NCBI GenBank assembly: GCA_958296135.2
Contig: CATQHZ020000001.1
Coordinates: forward strand, 608,001-672,000
Length of the DNA stretch: 64,000 bases
Direction: 5' to 3'
Source: an uncultured Poribacteria bacterium
Lineage (GTDB): Bacteria; Poribacteria; WGA-4E; WGA-3G
Made by a program: the position numbers and the translations under genes. This document shows positions 17,482 through 28,460 of the stretch, piece after piece (position 1 is the stretch's first letter; each line of letters starts with the position of its first letter). A model generated the notes under the pieces. The model was not told where the DNA came from. It was given only the letters and a program-made list of their open reading frames with translations, and did not search any database.

Positions 17482-19614
17482 ATGCAAACACTCGCGATTG
17501 AGGGAAAAACGTATACCAATTCAATAGGCATGCAGTTGGTGAGAATTGAACCCGGCAGTTTTCTCATGGGCTCGGAGAGGGCCCAACTCTCCGATGAATT
17601 AACCGATGGCAAGGCGCACCTGCGCGATGGCGATTGGGATGAACATCCTGTGCATCAGGTGACGCTCAGCACGCCGTTCTACATGGGCATTTTTCAGGTG
17701 ACGAATGCGCAGTATGAGGCATTTGACCCGGGGCACCGGCACCTGCGCGGTTGTCTCAATATGGGCTTGGAAGTTGCGCCCTACATCGGTTTCTCACGGG
17801 AAGAGGAGGAGGCTGTCGTGTTTGTAAATTGGCACGATGCTGTCGGCTTCTGTGAATGGCTCTCCGAACGTGAAGGCCAGCCTTACCGGCTTCCGACGGA
17901 GGCGGAATGGGAATACACCTGTCGTGCTGGCACAACGACGCACTTTTCTACCGGGGACACGCTTCCCACTGCGTTCCATAAAAACGTCGGCGAGAGCTGG
18001 TATCCCGATGCAGAAAGGGGCCGTGGCGCGGCAGAGGTAGTGCCGCTGCATGTCGGGCAAACGCCGCCAAACGCTTGGGGCCTCTACGATATGCACGGCA
18101 ACGTGGAGGAATGGTGCCACGATTGGTATGGTGCCTATGAACCGCAGCCGCAGGAAAATCCTGTCGGCAGGGAGGATGGGCTCTATCGTGTGACGCGCGG
18201 CGGCAGTCATTCCACATTGCTTTGCTATCTGCGTTCAGCAAATCGGATGGGCGCGGTGCCGGCGGATAAACATTGGTATATCGGCTTCCGGGTAGTCTGT
18301 GGCGCGGTGCCGGATACGCTGCCCCTCCGCGTGCCGCAAGTGGCCCTGTGGGGCCGTGATGTCAAGCAATCGGCGTGCGTGGCGAGCGCGCCGCCAGAAG
18401 AAACGGGCGCGGCCATAGAAAACGTGGTTACGTTGCCCGGCAAAAGCAAACTACCGTTTTTCGCCGAACCGCTTACTTATGTGAAAATCCCGGCAGGTTC
18501 AAACGGCCCGCTTTTCTCGGCGCATAACCATGTGCCATCAATTGTGGCGTGTCCAAACGGCGATATGTTCGCTGCATGGTATTCGTGCGTGACGGAACGG
18601 GGCCGTGAACTGACGGTGGCGGCGAGTCGGTTGCGTCACGGCGAAAACGAATGGGAACCAGCGGAACCGTTCTGGGGTGCTCCCGATAGGAATAATCACG
18701 CTACGGCACTCTGGTGCAATGAAGAGGGGCGCGTTTACCATTTCAACGGGTTATCCGCCGCGGCGACATGGGGGCCACTGGCGTTAGTTCTGCGCTATTC
18801 CGACGATAACGGCGCGACGTGGACACGGCCGCGGCTCATTTCTCCGGCACATCAATTGCGGCAGATGCCGATTACGTCCGTTTTCCGTAGACAAGACGGC
18901 TCTATCCTTCTCGCGTGCGATGCTGTCAGCGGTGGAAACGGCGGCACTGCCATCTGGCTCAGCGAGGACGATGGAGAAACGTGGCGCGACCCGGGCGCGG
19001 GGCAACCTATCCCTGAATTTGCCGATGGCCAGCGCGGCGCGTGGATTGCCGGCATTCACGCCGCTGTCGTTGAGCTCTCGGATGGGAGGTTAATGGCTTA
19101 CGGCCGCGGCGATACGATTGACGGCCGGATGCCGAAGAGCGTCTCTTCAGATGGCGGAAAAACGTGGCACTACAGTGCGAGTCCTTTTCCGCCGCTTTCG
19201 GGTGGGCAACGGTGCGTGCTGCTCAGGCTCACCGTAGACGGGCAGGCTGGTGTTGAAAAACCGGGTCCGATTTTCCTCGCCGCTTTCACGGGTGAGCGGC
19301 GGGCTCCGGCGGCGATGCCGATAGTGGATGCATCGGGGCAAGAACGCTCGGTGAAAGGTTTGTTCGGCGCGCTCTCTTTCGACGATGGCGAAACCTGGGC
19401 GCGCATCCGCCTTATCAGCGATGACGGCCCAGACCGGGAGCTAGAAACGATGGATGGCAGGCCCTTTACGATGGGAATAAGCAGTGCTGAGCCGGGCGGC
19501 TACCTCGCCGTGTGTCAAGGCAAGGATGGCACTATTCATCTGATTAGCAGCAGGCAGCATTATCGGTTTAACCTTGCGTGGCTGCAGGAGTCGCCGCCAG
19601 CAGTGGCGCGATGA
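17482..19614 (+). CDS. FGE-sulfatase (SUMF1) domain + BNR/Asp-box sialidase-like propeller protein
   Basis: RLPTEAEWEY, NAWGLYDMHGNVEEWC, IGFRVV; Asp boxes SDDNGATW, SEDDGETW, SSDGGKTW, SFDDGETW. Confidence 0.88.
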   Translation: MQTLAIEGKTYTNSIGMQLVRIEPGSFLMGSERAQLSDELTDGKAHLRDGDWDEHPVHQVTLSTPFYMGIFQVTNAQYEAFDPGHRHLRGCLNMGLEVAPYIGFSREEEEAVVFVNWHDAVGFCEWLSEREGQPYRLPTEAEWEYTCRAGTTTHFSTGDTLPTAFHKNVGESWYPDAERGRGAAEVVPLHVGQTPPNAWGLYDMHGNVEEWCHDWYGAYEPQPQENPVGREDGLYRVTRGGSHSTLLCYLRSANRMGAVPADKHWYIGFRVVCGAVPDTLPLRVPQVALWGRDVKQSACVASAPPEETGAAIENVVTLPGKSKLPFFAEPLTYVKIPAGSNGPLFSAHNHVPSIVACPNGDMFAAWYSCVTERGRELTVAASRLRHGENEWEPAEPFWGAPDRNNHATALWCNEEGRVYHFNGLSAAATWGPLALVLRYSDDNGATWTRPRLISPAHQLRQMPITSVFRRQDGSILLACDAVSGGNGGTAIWLSEDDGETWRDPGAGQPIPEFADGQRGAWIAGIHAAVVELSDGRLMAYGRGDTIDGRMPKSVSSDGGKTWHYSASPFPPLSGGQRCVLLRLTVDGQAGVEKPGPIFLAAFTGERRAPAAMPIVDASGQERSVKGLFGALSFDDGETWARIRLISDDGPDRELETMDGRPFTMGISSAEPGGYLAVCQGKDGTIHLISSRQHYRFNLAWLQESPPAVAR

Positions 19615-19662
19615 ACAGAGACACTCCGAAGGAATGTTCGTCGGAACCCCCGCTTTGAAAGT

Positions 19663-20352
19663 GTGTTGATGAAAATCGCCTCTTACGATGAGGGTGAGGA
19701 TTTCAACATGGACGACGATGTCATCAGTGAACTTGCAACATACGGTGTTATTACCGAGGATAGTGAAGGCCGGTGTGAAATTGCCAACCCGATTTATCTT
19801 TACCGCATTCTACGGACGTTTAAACCGCTTTTGGAGCGGTTCGAGAATGAATACCACCCTCAGGACACCGGTGGGTGTTTTCGGGACTACCTCACCTCTG
19901 ATAGGCAGATTCGGATGGGACGGTTGCTGGATAACTTCCGCGATTTCATCGCCCGTGTCGGCTTCAAGATTTTGGATATGCCACAAACGCCACAGGAATA
20001 TGTAGGCCAACGTCTGCTGTTCGCCTACCTCGAGCAGTTTGTCCTGCAGGTAGGCGGTGTGATGTATCTGGAGGTGCAAACCGGCCGCGGTCGGATAGAT
20101 TTGGCGATTGCTCACCGGGGACGCAAATACGTCGTGGAGGCCAAGGTTTGGCAAGGCGAAGCCTCGTATCAGGCAGGGAAAGCGCAGCTCGTCGCCTATC
20201 TGAAATTGGAACATGCCGTGGCAGGCTATTACATTGTGTTCGATCTCCGCAAGAATCCAGTGCCCCGCGTGGAAACCGCCACGCTCAACGGGACGACGCT
20301 TCGGAGTTACGTTATCCCGGTGTTGCAAGGACGGCCCTCAGACGCGCTATAG
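19663..20352 (+). pseudogene. C-terminal fragment of an AAA-ATPase/PD-(D/E)XK nuclease-domain protein
   Basis: IANPIY, EVQTGRGRIDL, VVEAKVW, GKAQLVAYL. No Walker A domain and no convincing start or RBS. Confidence 0.6.
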
Positions 20353-20394
20353 ACATTAAGCCGCTACGAGGCTTTAACGGATGGAGGAATTGAA

Positions 20395-21285
20395 ATGAAA
20401 CTCCCTTTTTTGCACCATGAAACAGACGTGAGTACCGACTTACGCGAGAGTCATGACATGCTCGATAATCCCAAAGCCCTGCGCGAACGGATGACAGCAG
20501 ATGGATATCTGCTTCTCCGCGGGCTACACGAACGGGAAACGGTTCTCACCGCGCGGCGGCAGCTTCTGGAGAAACTCTCTGCGAAAGGGATGCTTGCGCC
20601 CAATACACCGCTGATGGCTGGCATCTTCAACCCGGATTATCCGGAACCCACTTCTACCGGCTCCATGGGAAATAAGGCGTTGACGCGGATGCCTGCCTTC
20701 AAGGCCGTCGTAGAAGGCGCGCCGGTGATGGACTTTTTTCGGCGGTTCCTCGGCGGCGACGCGCTGACGTTCGATTTCAAATGGCTCCGCACGGCGGGCC
20801 CCGGCTCGGCCTCTCCGATTCATTGCGACATCGTCTTTATGGGCAGAGGCACGCAAAACCTGTATTCCTGCTGGACACCGTTCGGGGATGTGTCGTTAGA
20901 TATGGGGCCCATCGTCTTCTGCCTCGGGTCGCACCGGTTTGACAACGTCCGGAAAACGTATGGCAAAGCGGATGTTGATGCAGATCTGATTGAAGGACAT
21001 TTCAGTGATAATCCGAGCGACATCGTCGAGAGATTCGGTGGCCGCTGGGCAACGACAACGTTTGAGGCTGGCGATGTGGTTATTTTCAGCATGTTCTTGA
21101 TGCACGCGTCGTTGCGCAATACGTCCAACAACATTCGCATCACGGCGGATACCCGTTATCAACTCGCCGAAGAGCCGGCCGATGAACGCTGGATAGGTGA
21201 AAACCCGAAGGGCCATTACGCGTGGAAACAGCAGCACGCGGAGATTGAACCGTTGGCGGTTTCTCGGCAAAAATGGGGGGTATAG
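20395..21285 (+). CDS. Phytanoyl-CoA dioxygenase (PhyH) family protein
   Basis: DGYLLLRG, HCD iron motif, GDVVIFSMFLMHAS, RITADTRY. Confidence 0.88.
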   Translation: MKLPFLHHETDVSTDLRESHDMLDNPKALRERMTADGYLLLRGLHERETVLTARRQLLEKLSAKGMLAPNTPLMAGIFNPDYPEPTSTGSMGNKALTRMPAFKAVVEGAPVMDFFRRFLGGDALTFDFKWLRTAGPGSASPIHCDIVFMGRGTQNLYSCWTPFGDVSLDMGPIVFCLGSHRFDNVRKTYGKADVDADLIEGHFSDNPSDIVERFGGRWATTTFEAGDVVIFSMFLMHASLRNTSNNIRITADTRYQLAEEPADERWIGENPKGHYAWKQQHAEIEPLAVSRQKWGV

Positions 21286-21297
21286 GGAGGAAAAACG

Positions 21298-22365
21298 ATG
21301 AAACGCGCGAGAAATCAAAACGGATGTGCTAAGTTCATAGGGTTGCTGTTGCTCCTCGCCGTGGCGGTTGGGCTCGGCTTCCTCTTCCGGTATTATAGCG
21401 GGAGGCCCCCAGAGTCAACAGGCGTATCGTGGGAAGTCTACTTTAGCGACATCCGTCCCGGTGGCCCTGATAAAAACAATCCTTACACCCTCGACAAGCG
21501 GCTCGTCGCCAAATTGGAGACGGCCGCCGAACGGATTGACGCGGCACTCCAACAACTGAATTCCGCGCCGATAGCGGATGCCTTTATTGATGCGCACCGC
21601 CGTGGCGTGGAGGTGCGGGTTGTCACGGAGACAAAATATATTGAAGAACGGCAAATCGAGCGGTTGCAAGAAGTGGGCATCCCGGTAGCCGATGATGAAG
21701 AGCACGATGGACTGATGCACCACAAATTCATCATCATCGATGGCCGCTATGTCTGGACAGGTTCCTATAACACCACGAACAACGGCGCGTATAAGAACAA
21801 CAATAACGTCATCTGGCTGGACTCGTCGCAGCTCGCCTATAACTTCACGGAGGAATTTCGGGAGATGTTCCTCTACCGGCAGTTCGGGCCGACTTCAGAC
21901 GCGAGTGTGCAGTATCCGCAAGTAACGTTGGGTGATGGCACGCAGATTTTCACCTATTTTGCGCCCGAAAACAACACCGTTTCGCCGCTTTTAAGTGAAA
22001 TTCAGGCGGCGGAGCAGTCCATCTATTTCATGGCGTTTTCGTTTACACACGATATCCTCGGCGATGCGATGCGCCGCCAGTTTGGAGCCGGGGTTTCGGT
22101 GCAGGGTGTCTTTGAAGCACGGCAGGTTACTGAGCACTCCGAATACGATGCAATGCTAGCGGCAGGCATCCCGGTGGTTCAAAATGCAAAAAGTGGCATG
22201 ATGCACCACAAAGTCATTGTCATTGATGAGGAAACGGTGATAACCGGTTCCTATAACTTCTCGAAGAATGCTGAAACTAAGAACAGCGAGAACCTGCTGA
22301 TTATCAAGGGAAATAGCGACATTGCGCGTGCATACCTAGACGAATTTAAACGGATGGCTCAATGA
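21298..22365 (+). CDS. Phospholipase D/nuclease-like protein, membrane anchored
   Basis: Two HKD motifs (HHKFIIID...TGSYN and HHKVIVID...TGSYN) and an N-terminal TM segment. Confidence 0.9.
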   Translation: MKRARNQNGCAKFIGLLLLLAVAVGLGFLFRYYSGRPPESTGVSWEVYFSDIRPGGPDKNNPYTLDKRLVAKLETAAERIDAALQQLNSAPIADAFIDAHRRGVEVRVVTETKYIEERQIERLQEVGIPVADDEEHDGLMHHKFIIIDGRYVWTGSYNTTNNGAYKNNNNVIWLDSSQLAYNFTEEFREMFLYRQFGPTSDASVQYPQVTLGDGTQIFTYFAPENNTVSPLLSEIQAAEQSIYFMAFSFTHDILGDAMRRQFGAGVSVQGVFEARQVTEHSEYDAMLAAGIPVVQNAKSGMMHHKVIVIDEETVITGSYNFSKNAETKNSENLLIIKGNSDIARAYLDEFKRMAQ

Positions 22366-22443
22366 GGGCCACGCCTGTCAAGGTGGATGGATGTCTATAC
22401 CAGCTTGTTTTCCACGGGGATGGACAGCTATAGACATCTGTGC

Positions 22444-23205
22444 TTACACTTGCTTCACCCGCGCACTGTAATCGTCGTAGGCTCGCTCAATCTGCTTCGC
22501 TGATTCTTCAGGGCCGAGGAAATAGGAGCCGGTTAGCACTACCGGCGGCTGTCCGCGTTCCGTCAATAGCTCGGCGACGCGGCACTTTATCGCATTCGCA
22601 ATCGCTAATGTGCCGATGCTAGAGGTGGGGCCAACCGGGTGCGCCAGATTGGGGATATCCACGACAGCATCGCCCGGTGGGTTGCAGTTATCAATAGTCA
22701 AGTCGGCGACATCGCACAGCCGTTTGCCGGCGGGATGCTTTGAAGCCGAGGCGCGACTGTGCGCGAGGGAATTCACGGCGATGACGGGAAGGTTCCGCGA
22801 TTTCGCACCCATCGCGATTTCAACGGGGAGGACATTCGTGCCGGAGTTGGAAAAGACAATCATGCAATCGGCGGGGCCGAAGGTGAAGTTGCGCAAAATC
22901 ACCTCGGCGTAGCCCGGTATGTTTTCCAAGAAGAGGGCTTGGCGTTGCCCGTTGCATCCGACAACTTGGTTGTGGTAGGTAACGGCGAGCTCAACGATGG
23001 GATAGAAACCGGCGTAACTGCCGTAGCGAGGGAAGATTTCCTCGACTGCCATGCGGGAATGTCCGGAGCCGAAGAGGTAGACGAGGCCGCCGTTCGCGAT
23101 GGTTTCGGCGCACATCTCTGAAGCTTGCGCGATTGCATCCAGCTGCGATGCCTCAATCTGTCTCAAAACGTCTTGTGCAATTTGTAAGTAGCGTAAATGG
23201 GACAT
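22444..23205 (-). CDS. SIS (sugar isomerase) domain protein
   Basis: LFGSGHS, FSNSGTN, GPTSS. Confidence 0.85.
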   Translation of the reverse strand: MSHLRYLQIAQDVLRQIEASQLDAIAQASEMCAETIANGGLVYLFGSGHSRMAVEEIFPRYGSYAGFYPIVELAVTYHNQVVGCNGQRQALFLENIPGYAEVILRNFTFGPADCMIVFSNSGTNVLPVEIAMGAKSRNLPVIAVNSLAHSRASASKHPAGKRLCDVADLTIDNCNPPGDAVVDIPNLAHPVGPTSSIGTLAIANAIKCRVAELLTERGQPPVVLTGSYFLGPEESAKQIERAYDDYSARVKQV

Positions 23206-23556
23206 TTTTGTTATTCCTAGCGGTTGTTCAACTGTCTTTGGGTGAATGACGCTGACGCGTCTGTCTTTGGGTAAATGACGCTGACGCGTCGGGCCGCATT
23301 GACGTTGTCAATGCTTGCATGCCTGGGGCAATTCATCTGCTATTCTATCATATTTCGCGTGCAAATTGCAATTTTTTTTCTGTTTTCTTTCGCGTTTTGT
23401 GGTATAATATATGTAAACAGATTTTTTGACAGGAGCCTCCATCTCCTTATCACACCAAAAACTGAGTCATTAACAACGGGCACGTCACCCAAGACATTAG
23501 TACCAAGAATGTAGTTATTGACAACGTCAATAACGAATATACGTAGGAGAACGCCA

Positions 23557-24540
23557 TTGCACCAACAACCGTTATCGAACGTATTGCGAACGAGGAAAAT
23601 TCCCGGCGTTAGCAAAGACATCTCCCAACTGATTCTGGGAACGATGATGCTATCGCCGGTGGCATACTCGCACAGCACCGAGCTGCTGGACGCATTTTTT
23701 GAGGCTGGCGGCAACGCGCTTGACACCGCACACGGCTACGGCGGCGGCACCAGCGAAATGTTAATCGGGCTCTGGATGCGGGAACGCGGCAACCGAGAGA
23801 ACGTCTTTCTCATTGATAAGGGCGGGCACCCAAACGGCCGCGTGCCACGCCCGCGGCTGTCCCCTGAAGAGTTAAAGAGCGACTTGGACGAAAGCCTTAT
23901 TCGGCTCCGCACCGATTACATCGAGCTCTACATGCTCCATCGCGATGACCCGAGCATCCCCGTTAGCACGGTTATTGATTACCTGAATTACGAGATTCGG
24001 GCTGGACGCATTCGCGCGATTTCGGCATCGAACTGGGAACCGGAACGCATCATCGCTGCGAACACCTATGCAACGGAAAACGGCTTGAGCGGCTTCGTCT
24101 CGTGTAGCAACAACATTAGCCTCGCCGTGCCGATGGAGCCGATGTGGGGTGGTTGCGTCTGTGTTGACGCTGCTGCGCGCGCGTGGCACGAGGAGAGCCA
24201 ATTCCCGTTGATGCCGTGGTCTTCGCAAGCGCGGGGGTTTTTCAGCGGTGCGTTCACGCCAGAGAAGCGCGATAACGGCGACATGGTGCGCGTCTATTAC
24301 AACGCTGACAACTTTGAGCGGCTCGCCCGCGCAACAAAATTGGGCGAGGCACGCGGCTATTCCGCCATCCAGGTTTCCCTCGCTTATGCCGTGCAGCTCC
24401 CGTTTCCGATTTTTCCGATTGTAGGCCCGGCAAACGTGGAGGAGATGGCCTCCTCGTTAGGGGCATTGTCGCTTGAACTCTCCGCGGCGGAGATGGCCTG
24501 GCTGAACCTAGAGAACGCCGGTGAGGTGAAGTCAGGTTGA
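23557..24540 (+). CDS. Aldo/keto reductase
   Basis: LILGTM, LDTAHGYG, SLIRLRTDYIELYMLHRD. Probable TTG start after AGGAG; start is uncertain. Confidence 0.88.
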   Translation: MHQQPLSNVLRTRKIPGVSKDISQLILGTMMLSPVAYSHSTELLDAFFEAGGNALDTAHGYGGGTSEMLIGLWMRERGNRENVFLIDKGGHPNGRVPRPRLSPEELKSDLDESLIRLRTDYIELYMLHRDDPSIPVSTVIDYLNYEIRAGRIRAISASNWEPERIIAANTYATENGLSGFVSCSNNISLAVPMEPMWGGCVCVDAAARAWHEESQFPLMPWSSQARGFFSGAFTPEKRDNGDMVRVYYNADNFERLARATKLGEARGYSAIQVSLAYAVQLPFPIFPIVGPANVEEMASSLGALSLELSAAEMAWLNLENAGEVKSG

Positions 24541-24577
24541 CTTCAGAAGAGACACAGAAATTTCAGGCTGCTTTCAG

Positions 24578-25148
24578 CATGATGCGATGGTTCGACTGCA
24601 TCGGCATCATGTCACTTTGAACATTTTCCGCATCGATGTCGGGTTGAAATACTACATCAATTCCCGATGGATGCTGGAAGCGAACATTCCGTATGAATCC
24701 AAGGTGCAGGAGGCAACAGTAGAGGCCCTGGCTGATTATCCGAAATCCCATCGCTGATTGCTATTATCGCGTGCCGATTTACGGGAATCTGGCTGCAAAT
24801 GTGAGCCTACGCGGGAAGCTGCCGTTCTATGAAAACAGCAAAACCTATCGCGGTTTGAGGGAGCTCACCTATACGGCGGGATTGCATTACCGATTCACCG
24901 ATTGGCTGTCAGTTCATACGAGTTACCTCGGGTTTTATCAAGCCTACGCCTATTGGGCAGGCGAACGGGATATTAACACGGGGCTCCGTTTCAGCATGAC
25001 ATCGCTTGGTGCTTCCGTCGCAATGCCGTATGATGCCACGCTGTCGTTGACGATGATGTTGCCGTTGCGGCAGGAGACGCTTTACGATGACAGCGATGCA
25101 TTTAAATTCGGTCCGTTGGTTTCGTTAACGGAGCTTTATGCGTTTTAA
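24578..25148 (+). pseudogene. Remnant of an outer-membrane beta-barrel protein (broken frame)
   Basis: Upstream frame (LNIFRIDVGLKYYINSRWMLEANIPY) stops at about 24758. The next frame has amphipathic strands and a terminal Phe (TELYAF). No start or signal peptide. Confidence 0.45.
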
Positions 25149-25196
25149 ACGACGAGGCCTTAGCACGTTCCACGTAAGTCCTGACGAGGCATAGCC

Positions 25197-27338
25197 ATGC
25201 ATTTTTTTAAACAAATCGTTTTCCTGACTTGCTTTGCTTTTATTATCGGGTGCGGTGTGCCGAACAACCCGTATCCGAAATCCGAGCAGGAGCAGGAAAT
25301 TTACTACAGCACTTTCAGCGAAGAGCCGAAGCACTTCGACCCGGGGGTATCCTACAGTTCGGACGAATATCGGTTTATTCAGCAGATTTACGAGCCGCCG
25401 CTGCAATACCACTACCTGAAACGGCCCTACGAGTTGATTCCGTTGACAGCAGAAAAGGTGCCGATACCGCGCTATTTTGATGCAGCGGGCCGCGCTTTGC
25501 CCGCGGATGCCGCCGCGGATTCGGTTGCACGCGCCGTTTATGAAATTCGCATCCGGCCAGGGACGATGTATCAGCCGCATCCCTGTTTCGCGAAGGATAA
25601 AACCGGCGAACTGCTCTTCCATAACCTGACAAAAGCTGATGTGAGGGGCTTCACCGAAGTCAAAGATTTCTCGATGACTGGCACACGCGAGCTCGTCGCG
25701 GCGGACTATGTCTACCAGCTCCAACGCATGGCAGACCCGAGCGTTTCTTGTCCGATTTTCAGTACGCTGGCGGACTATATTCTGGGTATGGGGGCGTATT
25801 CGGAGGCGTTGGGTGCTTCCGAATCGAGCGCGGGAGGGTTCTCCTATAGCGATGCGCCGTTCCCCGGTGTGAAAATAGTAGACCGGTATACCTATCAGAT
25901 TATCCTCAAGACGAAGTATCCGCAGTTCGTCTATTGGCTGGCGATGCCGTTCTTCTCGCCGATGCCGCAAGAAGCAATCGATTTTTACAGTCAGCCTGTG
26001 CTGCAAGAGCGGAACATCACCATCGACCGGTTTCCTGTTGGCACCGGTCCGTATCGCATTGAGACGCTTGTGCCTTACAAAGAGATTGTTCTCGTGAAAA
26101 ACGAGCATTTTCGGGTGGAACGGTATCCCTCCAACGGTGCGCCCGGCGACAGGGAAGCGGGGCTTTTGGATGATGCGTGGGACATCATCCCGTTTCTGCC
26201 GAGGGTTGTCTACAAGTTGGAGAAGGAGTATATCCCGCGCTGGAACAAGTTTTTGCAGGGGTATTACGACGGTTCCGGTATCTCATCGGATACGTTCGAC
26301 CGGGCAATCGCCTTTGACGACACCGGTGACCCGAGAGCCAGCGAGTTGTTGCAAGCGAAGCACATCGTTTTGCGCACGAGTGTGCGCCCGACGACACTCT
26401 ACCTCGGCTTCAATATGCAGGACGACATTGTCGGCGGCTACACGGCGGACAAACAGAAACTTCGTCAAGCCATCTCGATTGCGTTGGATTATGAAGAGTA
26501 TATCGAAATCTTTTTGAATGGGCGCGGTGTGATTTCGCAGAGCCCTATTCCTCCCGGCATTTTCGGCTACGAGGCGGGAGAAGTCGGCATTAACCCGTAT
26601 GTCTATCATTGGGATGTACAGGCGGGCCGCCCGGTGCGGAAATCGTTGGAGGAAGCGCGCCGACTTCTCGCGGAATCCGGCTATCCGGATGGGCTGGACA
26701 AAGACGGAAACCCGCTCATCGTCCATTTTGATAATGCGTGGACTTCTGCTGGCGCGACACCGCGCTTGGCGTGGATGCGTCGCCGGTTTGAGCAACTCGG
26801 CATTACGATGGAAAACCGAACGACAGATTACAACCGTTTTCGCGATAAGGTGCAGCATGCGAACTTCCAAATCATCTCGTGGGGTTGGAACGCGGACTAT
26901 CCGGATGCAGAGAACTTCATGTTTCTCCTCTACGGGCCGAACGGCCGGGCGAAATTCGGCGGCGAGAACACCGCCAACTACGACAATCCGGCATACAACC
27001 GGTTGTTTGAAAAGATGAAAAATATGGAGAATTCGCCGGCGCGGCTGGAGATAATTCGCCAGATGAAACAGGTGCTGCAACAGGATGCCCCGTGGGTGTT
27101 TACCTATCATCCTGTCTCTTTTGGGCTCTCGCATCAGTGGGTGAAGAATAGCAAACCGAGCCCGTTGGGTGGGAATACGCTGAAATATCTCCGCGTGGAT
27201 GCGCCATTGCGTGCGCAAAACCGAGCAGCCTGGAATAAGCCGATTACCTGGCCGCTGTGGGCATTTTTCGGCGTTCTCATTCTCGGCACTATTCCGGCGG
27301 TGATTACTATGTGGAAACGAGAGCGCGGGAGAGATTAA
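25197..27338 (+). CDS. Peptide ABC transporter substrate-binding lipoprotein (family 5)
   Basis: Lipobox IIGC, PKHFDP, PVGTGPY, KLRQAISIALD, GWNADYPDAENF. Confidence 0.9.
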   Translation: MHFFKQIVFLTCFAFIIGCGVPNNPYPKSEQEQEIYYSTFSEEPKHFDPGVSYSSDEYRFIQQIYEPPLQYHYLKRPYELIPLTAEKVPIPRYFDAAGRALPADAAADSVARAVYEIRIRPGTMYQPHPCFAKDKTGELLFHNLTKADVRGFTEVKDFSMTGTRELVAADYVYQLQRMADPSVSCPIFSTLADYILGMGAYSEALGASESSAGGFSYSDAPFPGVKIVDRYTYQIILKTKYPQFVYWLAMPFFSPMPQEAIDFYSQPVLQERNITIDRFPVGTGPYRIETLVPYKEIVLVKNEHFRVERYPSNGAPGDREAGLLDDAWDIIPFLPRVVYKLEKEYIPRWNKFLQGYYDGSGISSDTFDRAIAFDDTGDPRASELLQAKHIVLRTSVRPTTLYLGFNMQDDIVGGYTADKQKLRQAISIALDYEEYIEIFLNGRGVISQSPIPPGIFGYEAGEVGINPYVYHWDVQAGRPVRKSLEEARRLLAESGYPDGLDKDGNPLIVHFDNAWTSAGATPRLAWMRRRFEQLGITMENRTTDYNRFRDKVQHANFQIISWGWNADYPDAENFMFLLYGPNGRAKFGGENTANYDNPAYNRLFEKMKNMENSPARLEIIRQMKQVLQQDAPWVFTYHPVSFGLSHQWVKNSKPSPLGGNTLKYLRVDAPLRAQNRAAWNKPITWPLWAFFGVLILGTIPAVITMWKRERGRD

Positions 27339-27374
27339 CATAACGGGGATGAAAGACACCTTGGAAACGAGAAA

Positions 27375-28358
27375 ATGTTGGCCTATATTATTCGGAGAAT
27401 CCTTTACGCGATTCCCATTCTTATCGGCGTGAATATCATCGTCTTCGTGCTTTTCTTCGTCATCAATTCGCCCGATGGTATGGCGCGTTCTATCCTCGGC
27501 GAAAAGAATATCACGCAAGAAGATGTGGACAATTGGAAACGCCAGAACGGCTACCATCTGCCGTTGTTCTTCAATACAGCGGCAGCGGGCGTTGCGAAGA
27601 AATTCACGCAGACTATCTTTTTCCAAAAGTCCGCGAAACTCTTCGTCTTTGATTTTGGCGTGTCGGATACGAACAACCTTGACATTACCTCGCAGATTTG
27701 GGAGCGGATGTGGGCGAGTTTGACTATTGCCGTGCCGACGTTCCTGCTGGGGTTGCTCGTCAATATCACTATTTCGATGATAGTCGCTTACTACCGTGCT
27801 ACCTACGTCGATTTCTGGGGGACCATCGTCGCCGTTATCATCATGTCGGTTTCGCAGCTCTTCTATATTATCGGGGGGCAGTGGTTGTTCGGCAAGCTAT
27901 TCCGTCTCTTTCCGATTTCGGGTTACGATGCGGGTGTGGAGTTGCTCAAGTTCGTGATTTTGCCGGTGGTTATCGGTATCCTCAGCGGCATCGGTGGTGG
28001 CATCCGATTTTACCGGACGATTTTCCTGGAGGAGGTGAACCGCGACTATGTCCGCACGGCGCGGGCGAAAGGCATGAGCGAGTCGGTTGTCCTCTTCAAA
28101 CATGCCCTCAAAAATGCGATGATTCCTATCTTGACGAACGTCGTCCTTGCGATTCCGTTCCTCTTTATGGGCAGTCTGGTGATGGAGGCGTTTTTCGCGA
28201 TTCCGGGGTTGGGCAGTTTCACGATTGAGGCGATTCAGGCGCAAGATTTCGCCATCGTTCGGAGCATGGTGTATCTCGGGTCGGTGCTGTATATTGTCGG
28301 TTTATTGATGACAGACATTAGCTATACCTTAGTCGACCCGCGTATTCGATTTGACTGA
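27375..28358 (+). CDS. Peptide ABC transporter permease (OppB/DppB family)
   Basis: MLAYIIRRIL, DYVRTARAKG, KHALKNAMIP, YTLVDPRI. Confidence 0.92.
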   Translation: MLAYIIRRILYAIPILIGVNIIVFVLFFVINSPDGMARSILGEKNITQEDVDNWKRQNGYHLPLFFNTAAAGVAKKFTQTIFFQKSAKLFVFDFGVSDTNNLDITSQIWERMWASLTIAVPTFLLGLLVNITISMIVAYYRATYVDFWGTIVAVIIMSVSQLFYIIGGQWLFGKLFRLFPISGYDAGVELLKFVILPVVIGILSGIGGGIRFYRTIFLEEVNRDYVRTARAKGMSESVVLFKHALKNAMIPILTNVVLAIPFLFMGSLVMEAFFAIPGLGSFTIEAIQAQDFAIVRSMVYLGSVLYIVGLLMTDISYTLVDPRIRFD

Positions 28359-28460
28359 TTTTGGCCTGGCACCAAGCGGTACATGCCGGTAGGCGCGGTT
28401 TGAAATCGCGTATCGGGTAGGGAAAGCCCACCCCGCTTAGCGCGCTTACAAAGGAAGAAT

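Noticed and set aside
26283-27626. Long antisense ORFs (also 25125-26108, 40778-41902, 3336-4097)
   Set aside because: They are shadows of well-supported genes on the opposite strand in GC-rich DNA and have no recognisable motifs.
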